Origin: Eutreptiella sp. 'Long Island Sound 2002'
Taxonomy: Eukaryota > Protista > Euglenida
Length of the DNA: 64,000 nt
NCBI GenBank assembly: GCA_964036045.1
Contig: OZ038379.1
Span: 20,708,001 to 20,772,000 of the forward strand
Direction: 5' to 3'
Positions 32,760 to 45,800 of the stretch are shown piece by piece. Every line of letters starts with the position of its first letter. Within the stretch, counting starts at the first letter, position 1. The notes beneath the pieces are model-generated. The model ran no database searches, was not told the DNA's origin, and saw only the letters and a list, made by a program, of their open reading frames with translations. A program made the translations under genes and the position numbers.

Positions 32760-34540
32760 ATCAAATTGTCTCCTAGGACGGCCTCCACACCGAACATGGC
32801 TGTTCCCCATACGGCAATGCAATTGCACAACTGCCCAGTCGCGCCCTCGGACTCGGGCCAAGGGAGCTGCAGGGGGGCGAGGACCTCCGCGTCGGCAAAG
32901 GCCGTCGCAAAGCGCATGGCTGTGCGCATGTCGGACCACTCTCCCCACCATTTAAAGAAAGCGAGGTTGGGTTTGTGGCCCCAGGCCGCCCCGACACTGC
33001 CTCAGCGGAAATAGTGCCAAGCGAGCCCTTTCCATCGGAACCCCTTGAGCAGGTCCACCAAAGCTCTCTCGAGGACAACGCTTACGGCCTCGACGAAAGG
33101 GGCGTGCCATGGTAGGCCGTGGGCAACGGCGTAGTCATAAAGCCACCGCGCCCAGACACACGGGTACTTGGCCAACGGTCTCCGGTGCCAACCTTGCTGC
33201 TTGGGCTTGCTGCGGAAGAAAGTGAGGACCGCTTGCACGACGTCACAAGGCCGGATAGTGGCCGTCTCTCCCGGCCGCAGAAAGCAGAACCCAAGACAAC
33301 ATAGCGAGTGCCGTGACGAGCTACTAGCGAGACGTTTTAGCCGCGCTCCACATGAAACGCAAGCATGGGGGTGTGGTGTAGTGCTGGGCTTTGGCCTGGG
33401 TCCCTCTGCCCGCGATGCGGCGGTGCAGGGGGAGGACGGTGGGCGGCAGGGCCCGCACGTCCTGAAGGGCCCGGACGGCAGCACGCCCGATGCAGATTGG
33501 CGGCCGATGGCTCCGCCAGGCACTGGGCCAAAACACCTTGGACCCCAAGTCCCGGGAAGCGATCCTCCGTCTCAACCAGCGGCGTGATGGTTGACCAGTA
33601 GTGGGCCCGGGTGCTGGGCTGCCAATCTAGGACAGCCTGTGCCCGCACCGACCCTTCCCCGTCAGCTCATGCCGCTGCATCCCCGATAGCACGGGCCTCG
33701 CGGTACAACCCCGCCTCTGGCCCCCAAAACAGCTCACGACCCCCCTGGGCACCAACAGCCAGGGGGGTTGCATCCCATAAATCAGCCTGTGGGCACGTTG
33801 GGTGAGCGCCGGCAGGCGATTTGGGCCACACCAGGTGGGCCCCGGGGAACATGCAACTCCAATAGGGGCGCTCGAAGTGCCAGTGCCTCCTCTCCGCCTC
33901 AGGCTTGCGCTCGTCGGTGCACCGACGCCAGTCCCCCGATGGTGTGGTTGCGACGGGGATATGGTTCCCATTGCTGGCAACCCACTTCACGACTCCCCCT
34001 TGGGTGCTGAAGGTGACTCCCCTATAAAAGAACTCAACACATCCTTGCTATGCAGCTTGTTCCCACTGCAGCTTGTCGAGGGTATCTCGGGCCCGGGTGC
34101 TTTGCTCCTGGGCCTTGTACCTATTGTACACCTAGTGGCTTTGGAGCATATTGGCCCACAAGCGATAAGCAAAGGCCTCACCCGGCGACACCTGGGCCCC
34201 GATTGATCCACCCATGTCCGCTGGGCGATGGGGTTGCAGAAGCGACACAACAAATTGCCGTAGGGCGCCAGAGACATCCCGCATCCATTGCGGAAGGCGA
34301 GACCTCCCTTGGAACTCGATGAGGGCGCCGTAGTGGAGGTCACGGACCACTGCCCGGTCGGCTATCTTCTGCGCTTCCAGCTCGGAGGCCCTCCATTTCC
34401 AGACGCTGGCGGTCCAGGAGGGCCCCGAGTTCGTCCGGGGAGGCATTGTCCGGAACAATGGACGGGGCCGCTGGCTGGGCGTCACTAGGAGCCGTCCCAG
34501 TAGGGTCACCGGGTGCCTTGGCTAGGGGTCGTGTGAACAT
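32760..34540 (-). mobile_element. Decayed gag + tyrosine-recombinase retroelement relic 2 (VIPER/TATE-like order)
   Basis: Gag-like ORF from ATG 34540 with a degenerate zinc-knuckle-like 'WRRCTDERKPEAERRHWHFERP'. It is followed by YR: 'VLDWQPSTRAHYW', box I 'FCFLRPGE', 'FRSKPK', box II 'WHYFR*GSVGAAW...FKWWGEWSDMRTAMRFATAF'. Confidence 0.7.
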
Positions 34541-34779
34541 TGTACAATAAAATCATAAAGACCTTGAAGCAAAACAGTAAATAGTGTTTGTGGTGACAAA
34601 CACAGGTTACGCACCCGGTTGCAACCCGTAACACACGTCGGGTTACAGACGGTTACATACCCTGTTACGATTATGATAACAAATTGCTTTTGCGGCATTT
34701 ATTGGCATTTAGTTGTAGAGGAGGAGCTGCCGACTATGAAGAAGTTTGAGCATTGTATTGCCTATGCCAACGCACCACA

Positions 34780-35360
34780 ATCGTAGGAGGGGGGGGGGTT
34801 GCCAGTGTTGCCGCACGTGCAGCATCATTAGCCGCAAAGTGACATGAACTCGAAGGAGCCTTGCGGAGCCTTGTTGAAGAAGAAAGAGGAGGAAAGTTTG
34901 TGAAAATGCAAATCGATTTGTGCAATGTTGTCCCCGCTCGAAGCATGTTGATTTGGGAAGAAGTTGGCCATTACAATGCATCCAAAGGCACAAGACATCG
35001 TTGACGTGCCCCTGGAGGATTTGGATAGGCAAGTGGAGAAGGTGTTGAAGCACGTGAATTTGATGTTGAATTCGATGTTGACCCCACGGTAGGCGAATGC
35101 GGAAACGGGGCCGCGAGAGTTCATTGGCCATTGCACTGCAATGGAGAGGCCGACAGCATTGGACAAGGACAACTTGGTCAGGAAGCGCAAGCTGCAAAAG
35201 TTGCAAGAAAGGGCTAGACATGAAGCTGTTGTGGCATCCGATGAGACAAGCGACACCCCTACATAAGAGGATGAGGAGGAGAAAGCGCGATGCAAGGCAA
35301 GTACATGGAAGATGCGACGTTGCGCAAGCAGAGGACAAAGAGAAGCAAGAATGACTAATG
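34780..35360 (+). pseudogene. Eroded, charged/coiled-coil-like coding remnant of unknown (probably TE) origin
   Basis: Broken frames 'HELEGALRSLVEEERGGKFVKMQIDL' and 'DVPLEDLDRQVEKVLKHVNLML...RKRKLQKLQERAR' with internal stops. Confidence 0.25.
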
Positions 35361-35749
35361 GACGAGCTTGCACACTATTGGTGGCTCAAACAAGAGAGGA
35401 GGTTGGATGAGGAGACTGCGGGTACAACCAAGGCAACGGCGGCAGCAAGATTGACATAGCGAATGATGCCCATGGACACGAGCCAACAATCATTGCCGTG
35501 GTGGGCAGAGGTGTGTGTTATTATGTTGATATTGTGGTGGGGTAATGTGAGGTTATGCATCCGGTTGTGCGTGCGATTACATGATTCTGTGCGCATTTGT
35601 TTTGGTTACACAGGGCAAGGGTACATCCTACAGGCTTTTTAAAACCCACATGTCGTGCCAAAACCGCCTCGTGTGGCTCCATTTGTAACAAACCGCTCTT
35701 TCCCCTTACAGTTTACAATGCACAAACAGGGATATGAGTTTCCGCCTGG

Positions 35750-35890
35750 AGTTTCCGCATATCGTGTTTTGGCCAATGGTGTGGATTTCGCCAACTAAAT
35801 GGCCTTAGAACAATGGGAAACCCGTCATCTCAAGTCATGGGGGCGTGCAGTACTCGCCTTCATAGAATGCCATTCAATTGTGAATACTTT
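35750..35890 (+). mobile_element. piggyBac-like transposase remnant
   Basis: 'AYRVLANGVDFAN*MALEQWETRHLKSWGRAVLAFIECHSIVNTF' resembles piggyBac 'Y...GGVD..DQ...R...W...F......N.Y'. Confidence 0.4.
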
Positions 35891-36759
35891 CACATTTTGT
35901 CGACGAAGCGGTCTTGTCCTAGAGACGAGTTGCCTTTGGGATTGTTGAGGAAGCTGTGCCGAGCTATTTGTGCTCAACCATTTCAATAGGAAAGGTGAAG
36001 ACATACATTTCTCGATTCCCATGGCGGCATGTGGTCGTTGTTGCGTGTGCGTGGGTGCACCTATTTCCATTGTGCCCTATGTGGCACCCTTATGCACAAG
36101 AGATGTTTTGACAGCAAGTACTGTCAAAAATGGCCCATCACTGTGTGTTTTTTGTGCTGCACATGGTGGTTACCGTGTCTATTAATTCTGATTGGTGCTG
36201 CATTTACATGCAGTGCATTTACATGCAGAAGACTCGTACAAGTGTGGCGGTAAATTAACTGGATGGATATCCACAACCTTTCTTCTCAGAGCTGTGAATT
36301 ACACTCTGGCTACTAGCACAGGAACTGAAATTTTTCCTTTGATTCCTTGTGTACTCAATTTGAAAACTTTGGTTGCTCACGCCCTTGTACTGGTGCTCAT
36401 GATTGAACCGAGGCACGCACTAAAACTTGAGAACTTTGACAACGCAGTGAATTTTAGCTGACTTCAGCATTGGGCACTAGAAATTGTGCCAAATGGGCTT
36501 CTAAGTGGGTGTCTTGTTTGATAGTGAAAAGACAAGATGGCTGCGCTTTGTCGGGTATTGGATACAGTTGGTGGCTGATCGTTAAATGACATTTTTGACC
36601 TGGAATGTCCTCAGGCTGCATATCTTACTCAAAACAGCAGTTCCTACAGTACAAGCAAAGAAGCTACATCACAGTTGCCGTCTGAGATTCCTCAACGCTC
36701 AACGCGGCGGCAATATCACAAACGCCTCCCTCAGCCTTGCCGTCTCGGGGACTGACACG

Positions 36760-37135
36760 TGGGCAAAATGGCTACATGGCCCCTCCTGTCTGGGTGGTCC
36801 GTGGCGCTCATCGAGGGGATAACATCAGAAATGGCTACTTCTACCATGTTTCGGAGGACCACATATGGGCAAAGCGGCTGCATCACCCTTGCCATCAAAA
36901 GAGTCCCCAACGCTTAGCATGGGACAAACATCAGACATGGCTGCCTCAGCCATGCCGTCTTGAAATGGCTGCCTTCCCCCTGCCATCTTGGGGTGGCCGA
37001 TGTAGGTACAGTGGCTGCATCATGCTGCCGTTTGGGGTCACCAACACTCAGCATGGGGAGAGCCCGAGACCTGGCTACCTCATCCCTACGTCTTGGGAGC
37101 CCACATGTGGGCAAAATGGCTATATCACCCCTCCC
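36760..37135 (+). repeat. Cluster of 'GTGGGCAAAATGGCTA' repeat units (same family as 12463 and 63670)
   Basis: cacgtgggcaaaatggctacatggcccctcc, catatgggcaaagcggctgcatcaccc and catgtgggcaaaatggctatatcacccctcc. Confidence 0.65.
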
Positions 37136-39980
37136 GTATGACCCTGGATACTTGTCTATCGCACATTAATCAAATGATTGCAAAAGATGCTGAGATGGTA
37201 ACAAAAAAAGGTAGTTCAAAAAACGCAGTGGAAATGGAAACAAAACTTCACCTGTGGCATTTCAAATTTCGATCCACATGGTGCATTTACTGTGTACATG
37301 GTGGTGGCAATCCACTGGGCCACTGTGCCGGATCATGCATACCCAATTTCATTGACATACCCCATTTCTTTCCTTGGTAACAGTAATTGGAACAATTCCT
37401 GTGTAGACCTGTTGCAGGTGCCAGATATTTTACATGCAAACAACATTCACTCTCAATTGACTCTAGATACCATGTAAATCCCCAAATGCAACTCCCTTTT
37501 CTGGCCATGATCCAACAACCATTCTGAATTGACGAATGCATCAAACAGCAAGAGCAAACTTTGTTCTGTCCAACTCCGCCGGCCAAATTAAATGAAACCA
37601 CAGCAAAATCATGTTGCAGCATGGACATATGTGCAGAATACTTGGTGATGACACTGACTTGCATTGCAAAGAGTGAAATGTGTTTTGCTACCAAGCACAG
37701 CTGAACATCACATTTCTTTCTGCATTCCAACCAATAAAGGGTGTTTAACAATCAAAATGGTGTCAAAAATAATCATCTGACAATTGCGACCCCACTATTG
37801 CACGCACCATTGCCCACTAGTGTAGGAGTGAAATGAAAATGCGGACCCAGAGCTGAAATGATCATCACAAGGCACGATTCAAATCGGAAAATAGTATATG
37901 CAGGGAAGATTTCTGGGGGGCAAACCCGGTGCATGCAGATACCTGTCATTATATTTGGCTGCTTCTTTCATCCCTGGTGGTGGGGATGACGAATTGCCAA
38001 TATTGGAAGTGGAGGGGCAAGTGGCCATAAAATGTACGTCAACTGACTGAATTGCTGCCATTGAACAGAAAACACACATGACCTTGTCATTTGAAAGCAT
38101 TACATTACAAGCAGATGTGCATTGAATCGACGTGGCACGACTATGCAAACATAAGAATGGCAGTCTTCAGAGAAAAAAAAGAACTATCTGCAATCCAGAA
38201 AAGCCTCCCATCTGGCAGAAAGAAAGCTTGACAAAAGCGACCACTACCAGGAATGCTGCATGTCCTCACTTGTGGTGTCACAACAGACTGGGACAGAATG
38301 TAATTGTTGCAAACTGGCAAAGGTGAGGAAGCTGGAACAGGGGGAATCCAGCGGCGCAGAGAGTGAAAATATCTTTAATTCAGGTGTTTGTTGCTACGGC
38401 CTTTCTTGTGTGAGCTGTCTGTGCGAATGGAGACATGCTGATGCTGGTGCTGATGCTGCTGTTGCTTGCTTACTTCTTGTTTAATGGATTTGAGGGCAGA
38501 AATGCGTAGTCAATATAAATCCACCTGTCCAGTTTTAAGACCCTTTGCTATCACCATACCTATCTGTGAGAACATAATATTCATTCATTCATTGGGTGGC
38601 AGCTTAGGCCCACCATATTCTCTGGACAACTTCCAAGTGAAGACGGAGGGAGGGCATGGGCATCCCCATGATTATACATGCCATCATGAAAGCTGCATTG
38701 CGATGATTTGCACCGTGCACATTTGCCGACGAAGGACCACCGAAAGTAATAATGGCATCCATTGGACTACTCATAATCCCAGTGGGTCAAAATAACAGAT
38801 ACAGAGCCTTGACAACCACCACAGACCACATACACAAGTGCGCGCATACACCCCCCGACACATACACACAGGCAATGCTTCCCCACACCTGTGCGAGAAG
38901 CTTTGCATAGAACTGCACTTTGTACCATTGTACTATTTGTTGGCCCCTTTCTGGCTCACCAATCAGAAGTGCAAACGCACTAAGCATTCACTGTTTCATG
39001 GATTGCAATCATGCATCATCCTTTGAATTTCTGTTGTCACTGTGAAATCTGTATGCACAGTGGAGCAATGTTGCGTCGATTTGAGGGGGAGTTTAGGGGG
39101 AGATACAGACTTGCAGCCTCCGAAAAAGCGCTAGCCACAGTGAGATCAGTGCAATTCCTTCGGTCACTGAGAGGCTGCACGATATCTACATAATAAATAC
39201 TCTTATCGTCCACAACATGAAAACTATCACACTTGCAAATTGTTTTGACAAAAGCAGGTGCACGCATGCAGCCCTGTATGCCCCTCTGTGCAGGAGCAAC
39301 AGTGGGGTGCAAACACTGTAACTTCTACAGGGTGGTTGTCAGTATTTCAGACTGGAAATTGTTTCTGTGACAGTACAATGTTGCCGCAGCCTGGGTAAGG
39401 TAGGCAATGACATTGCACTGGGCTGTTCAGAGGCTGGTTTGGAGGGGGGGGGGGTTGGCGTTTGGAAGGGGGGAATATGTTCCAAAGCAGTGCAGTGCGC
39501 ATGTAGCCTAAGGATTCCCTGCACCTTTGCTACTGGGCCCTTCTGGTTGTCTGCCCACATCATATTAGCAACGATCACCTGCCAAAATTCCCCCGCTGGT
39601 TCTTGGTGAGGGCGAGTTGTACATTGCGGCGGCCTTGTGGATGCGAGTGGTGGGGAAACACAGGTGGCGCAAACTACGGATGCCTAAAAAAAATTTTGCA
39701 CTCCCTGTGCACTGCGCTCCCCCCGAAGCAGGTGCTTTGGCATGTATGAAATACAATGCGAATCGATTTCAGAGCGAATCACTTGTGCAATGTCCTTTCC
39801 AGTTATATCGGATGGGCAGCAGGAGGAAAGCAAGAAGCGAGCTGTAGATGTTTTCGATCCAATCCAATCTCGGGCTCATTGTATGCAGCCGAGGCAAAAA
39901 TTAGCAAATGACAAAACCGGATCCGTTTCACTGGTACCCAGTGTCAGTGCCAGTGTGCAATCCCTGTGTCATTTGATGTT

Positions 39981-40305
<325 letters not shown>

Positions 40306-42769
40306 CATGATGGCTGTTGGCAAAATCCATTCAGGTTTGCAGGGGTTCAACAGCTGGCGACTGCGTCACCCCAGATATCATTTCCACCGTTTTCGGGCAA
40401 GCAGCACACCTTTCATTCTGGACTGGCAAGCCCCACGCCTCGGATTTTTTTGTGCTGTTGTTTTGGTGGTCGTTTTTGGTGATATTTTGGCTTGTTAATT
40501 TTTGCCTAGACTGCAATACATTTGGAACCACATCAAAACCCTGCCGAGATCTGTCTCTACTCAGTTCCGCTGCTGTTCATGATGCATTTCAGAGTTGAGC
40601 CTGTCGTCCAGGCCCATGTGTGCGGGACCAAGGACATCTCAGATACACAGTGACATCAAACGGGAAGCTCCTGGCGCAGGCCCCGTCCCTGCTGAAATTT
40701 GGCATGACGACGCGGCACTGATAGTGGGCTCGGCTAATAACGGACAGCGCTCCTGGCATTGAAGTGGAAATTTGACCAAATTCGTTGGCCGTTGATGACG
40801 AGGTGGATGGAGATGCTCTTGGTATTCAGACGGCCGAACCTGACGAGCGCTTTGTGCCACAAAATGGATTGGAGTGGGTTCAACCACAGAAACTCCTGCA
40901 CGTCAGCTCCCGGTTCCAGGAAGCAAAGCAGCCCAACCCGCGCTGCCACGTCTGCTAGGACTGAAACTCAAAGCATTGCTCATCGGTGACTGGAAATGCA
41001 AACTCTTCTCAAACATTCGGCCCCCATCAACATCCAGAAGGCCTTTCAAGCTTCCATCAAACACTGCATGTCGGGGGTGGCAATGGACGACACAAGCATT
41101 TGCAGCCCACATCAATCTTGCATGCCTTGTAGTCACAACACGATCGTGTCCGCACATTCAACCTGGGATCCAACTCTCTTCGGCCCACCCAGCCCTCCAG
41201 ACCCTCCCGATGCCCCCAGCCCCACCCACCCAGCCACGCGCACGCACAGACACACACAAAGACCAACGGCGTCCTTCCCAAAGCATCCTCAGTGGCACTC
41301 TGGTCGGAAAAATGGGAGAAACGTGGAGAGTCGGTATGGGAAATGACATCAACCAGGTGCCCCGTTTTCCACCCAACATCCACCTGAATCTCCACTGCAG
41401 AACCCTGGAAAATGGGGCGGAAAAGGGGGGGGGGGCAAGGGGTTGGGTTCTGGCTGTTTCTGTTGTCCCCAGTTCTCCCATTTTCACTCCCCATTCCTCT
41501 CCCCTTCCCGGTTTTCACGCATTTCAGGGTATCCCAGGGTTTTGTCAACACCGGTTCCTGCTCTTCATCTCTTGGTAATCCTCTGAGACCCTGCAACTCT
41601 CCAGCGCAGGTCCAGGAGCAAGACCAAACCCAACCCCATGCCTCCCAAGAACTGCCCATCAGCCTTACACTCGCCCCAGACTGCCAGCACATGCATGACC
41701 AACGGGATGCTTCCTTGAGTAGGAGTGCCACATTGACGCAGGACGAAAATGCAGGCGAAGGGGAGCAGGCACACCTGAATTACCGAGGGACATGGCAAGG
41801 TTTCCTGGTGACATGAGGGTGGCAGTGTTCATTTCAGCCGCATGGAAGAATGCGCTCTGAAGTGCCTGAGAGGGAAACATTGATTGAATGGAAAACACAC
41901 AGACACTGCCCACAATGACGCTTGGAAAGGGTTGCAGAGGAAGCAAAACCTTTCAATAAACCACCTGCACAACACTGCGTCTGCGTGTGTTGCTACGGGT
42001 ACCCGACATGCACGTCACATAGTCAGGGCTTGCTGTCTGAAGTGCCCTGGCTGCACACATTGCTACACGCTCCATACTACCTCCCTGCCCGTCGGTTACT
42101 ACGCGACGGCGCGTGCAATTGTTAATCAGAAACGGACCAGCTTTTCACGCAGGCGCTCTTAGCCCGAGCCCCTGTTTGTCAGGATCAGGGCGATGAGAAA
42201 GGAAGAACTCTGCCGAGCCCAGAGGCCCGAGAAGCCTGCAGGGCTCCCACTTGAGGCGCCCCTGCACGCCTAGCAGCAGGGCCGGCAATGCAGGAGCGAG
42301 CTGGTATTGAGACACAGACACTGGAGAAGGCAGCAAAGATGTTGCAACAAGTAACCGACTGCTGCCCTCCAGCCACTCAGAAGGTCTCCAGGCTGTGAGT
42401 ACACATCGGCACCTTGGAGAGAGATTCCTTTGCGGGTCAAAACCGGCTAAAATTGACAGCTGAGCGGGCACGAACTGAAACACGGCGTGTGCAGGTGTGT
42501 ACATGGAGGAGAGGGCAAGAGGGCAGAGGTTCAGGGCCGCAAGGGGTTCGGGGGGAGGGGGGGGGGTCCCGGCTACAAAAGTCGGCGCCGCCCCCCCCCC
42601 CCACACACACAACATGTCCCAGTGTCACAACAACTTTCGGATGGTGGCAGCAGGTGTCACACAAGTGTTTGGCAGGTGTCAGCACGTGTACGCAAGCATC
42701 TTGGCAGGTGTGAGTGCCACCCAGTTGCGCAATACACCATCGACAAAGCGGCCCAGGCAGTGGACAAAC

Positions 42770-42859
42770 CTCAGCAGCAGTTGGCCTCTTCTCTGCCACC
42801 AGGTTCATCATCTGCTTGACCAGCGCTTTCGCTTCATGCGACACTTGCTTCCACTCGGG
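42770..42859 (-). CDS. Kinase subdomain XI exon (PEWKQVSHEAKALVKQMMNLVAEKRPTAAE)
   Basis: CAMK-type PEW..VS..AK.L...KRPTA motif; canonical sites. Confidence 0.88.
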
Positions 42860-45800
42860 CTGTGGGGATGTGCAGAACGGACCCTTTCTGTCAGCCATCA
42901 AGCAGCGCGCGCAGCCAACAAGAGCAGCTACAGACCAAAACATCACTGAGGCACCACTGACGTCACCTATATTGGGAAGGTTTGCACGTCTCCTGAAACT
43001 GGGGGGGGAAAGAACGTGCGCTGCTTGTAAGGGTCACGGCGTGCTGCCATGACCATTTTGCCATTCCTGTTGCAATGATGCCCCATCGAAGCCTCTTTGA
43101 GGCAGGTGGACGGCCAACCGGAGTCTGCCACTCTCATTGACATCTGTGCTCTATTGCTGTCCTGTGCATTCACGCCGTTATGATAACCTTTGGGAACTGA
43201 TGTGCAGAAATAGCATTTGCCAACATGGCGAAGTTCCAGATGTAATAGGGTTGCATTCAAATGGAAGAAGTGAGTCAAGGACTACCACATTGCGATGGCA
43301 AAGGGTTGTATTTTGCATTGACCCAATGCTATTGAACATTGCAAGAAGAAACGGATGAAGCGAGGTGGTCCAATATGTCGCAATGAGGGAGCCTAGTGCA
43401 CCGTGCACACGGTGCATCGCACCGCGTGCTATGTTTCGTGTGCTGTTTCTCACATGTTCCAGGAATTTTCAGGCTGGTAAGGACGTGGTGGCCTAAGAGG
43501 TAAGCATACAACAAGGGAGGCCTCCACTCCACCTCCTCACCAATGCAATGGTGGTTGTAGCCGCCCACACCCCCTGCCAAGGCCCCTGCCAAGGGAGAGC
43601 CGCAGGATGATGATGAGAGGAGAGAATGCACTCTTTGGCACGGCCGTCACACCAAAGAGGCACATACCTTACAGGGTGCCCAATCCTGCAAGGTAATGTT
43701 TCGGTCGTTTCGTGTTTCGCATCGCTACCATGCGCGGTGCCCAGTCCCACAAGGCAACAGTATTGGCAGGGAGGCCATAGCTTGATGATGAGAGGAGAGA
43801 GATGCGCTCTTTGGCACGGCCGTTTGTGCCTCTGATTGTGGGTTACTGCTTTCCAAAAGGGGAGGGGTTGAGGGACCTGTGGCTATTGTCCACCACCATG
43901 ACAGCCATCGCAACCAGGCTTGGCGCCCTATCCCGCAGCCACGGCAGACGGACTCACCAGGGGGTTTCATGGCCGGTGAGGTGCTGAGAAAAAACACAAA
44001 GGGTAGATATACAAGTGCTACCCGAACAAGAGAAAAAGGCAGCACCCAAAAAACAGCGTACCGCACCCTAGGCTACCCCAATGCAAAGGGTAACATTTGC
44101 ATGCTGCTCAGTCCCAAACATAATGCTGCATTTGCTGCATGATGGAAAGAAAACTGGCGCCGATTTGTACAAAGACAACGATAAATCTGTGGCACCGAGA
44201 TTATGGGGCAGCACACTTCGCAAAAGAGTGGGGGGGCTCTCCAAAGTGTTTGCGGAGGGCAATCTGAGCTCTGATGAAGGGCTCCAATGACAGAGGCAGA
44301 AAAAGCCATCGGGCATCTCCAAAACGTCAGAGTTTGCTGTTCTGCTCGCTCCACCACTTGTGGGAGCAAGCGGCAGTGGCTATCCCCCATACCAATGCGC
44401 TTCCAAGCCCTCTCTCCAAGTGGCAGCCACCGACCAAATGGCAGCGGCCCGGCAAATGGTGCGACTGGTAGTGTTGTGTTGTGGGCTTATGTTACACCCT
44501 GATTAAGCTGTTTCCTGAGGCTTATTGAAGTTTTACCCAATATACCACGCATAATCGACACTGGGGATGAAGTGATCCATATGCCCGTGTAATCCATTAT
44601 CCCCGTTTTTGCAGTTATAATGAAGATGATGGGTGCTGCAGCCTTGCCCTTTTCAAGCAAGCGCCCCATTTACGACCCGACAGCACTCAAACACAATACA
44701 TTTTTATTCGTGCAGACAAGCCTGTGCCAGCATCTACACATCGGCACAAGCACCCAAACAAACCTGATCGTTAGGTAAATCTGGGACTCCAGGGAAATGA
44801 TGGGTGCGCATATGCAAAATTTGGGTTGATGAAAAGGGCAGAGTGCCCACCAACAGCACATACATTAGCACGCCGGCAGAGAAGATATCCATCTTTGGCA
44901 GCTGCTGACTGGAGCGGGCAAAAGAATGCTGCGCCACCACTGCCCGCACAACCTGTGTAGGTTTCAGCAAAGCATTCTCCAACAATGTCCGATCCTCGGC
45001 TGATCAACCAACGCAAAAAAAACCAATAAATACTCTCCCAATCAATAAAGACACTTCACTCTGTCATCATGAGGAACAACAATGATGAACTCCATTGAGC
45101 CTCTGAGGACCTCAGAAAGGTATCAAGCCACGACTGGCATCTGGGATCTGGGGTGGGCGGCTCTTCCCCTCGTCCGCCCCCCCCCCCCCCCGCCCGCTCA
45201 AGGGGCGAAAAATGACAGGACCCCTGAAAAACCAGGTCATTGATTTGCAAGGTGGCAACGGTGGTGGCATTGGTGTCTGTGGCCATTGCCCTATTCGGCT
45301 GCTTTGTAGGGGCAACCAAAATCGTATGACACTGAAAATTCTTCTACTCAAAAATTGGACAGTCTGATCCCCCAAACCCTTTGCCAGTGGATCGTGGAGG
45401 GCACGCTGCACACAGCGGACCAAAAACTGCACTATATATCTTGCACACTACACACTGTGGACTCTGCACATCGCACATTGCACTGCGCACAGAGCATACC
45501 ATGGACCTTGCATACCTCACACGCGGCACATGACGCATGGCACATTGCGCAGTGCCCACTCTGCCCTCTGCATCTTGCATCGCGCTCTGCAACCCGATGA
45601 TACCTGATGCCTTTAGGGAACACGTTATCTTTGACCCGTACATGACCCTGAGGGACGCCCCTCTACCCCTTTCTCCCAGCAGGTGCCAAAAAGCGTCGAA
45701 TGTGCACACTGCCCAGGGCACTACCTGTAAAATGTGCGGGGCAATGTGCAGAGAACTCGGTGTGCGGTGCGCGCAGCGTGTGGTGTGTTGTGGGATGGCA

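Noticed and set aside
32513-32929. ORF 'MRTAMRFATAFADAE...' as the IDH transit-peptide exon
   Set aside because: It is the C-terminal tail of the decayed tyrosine recombinase; the true presequence exon is 32235-32351.
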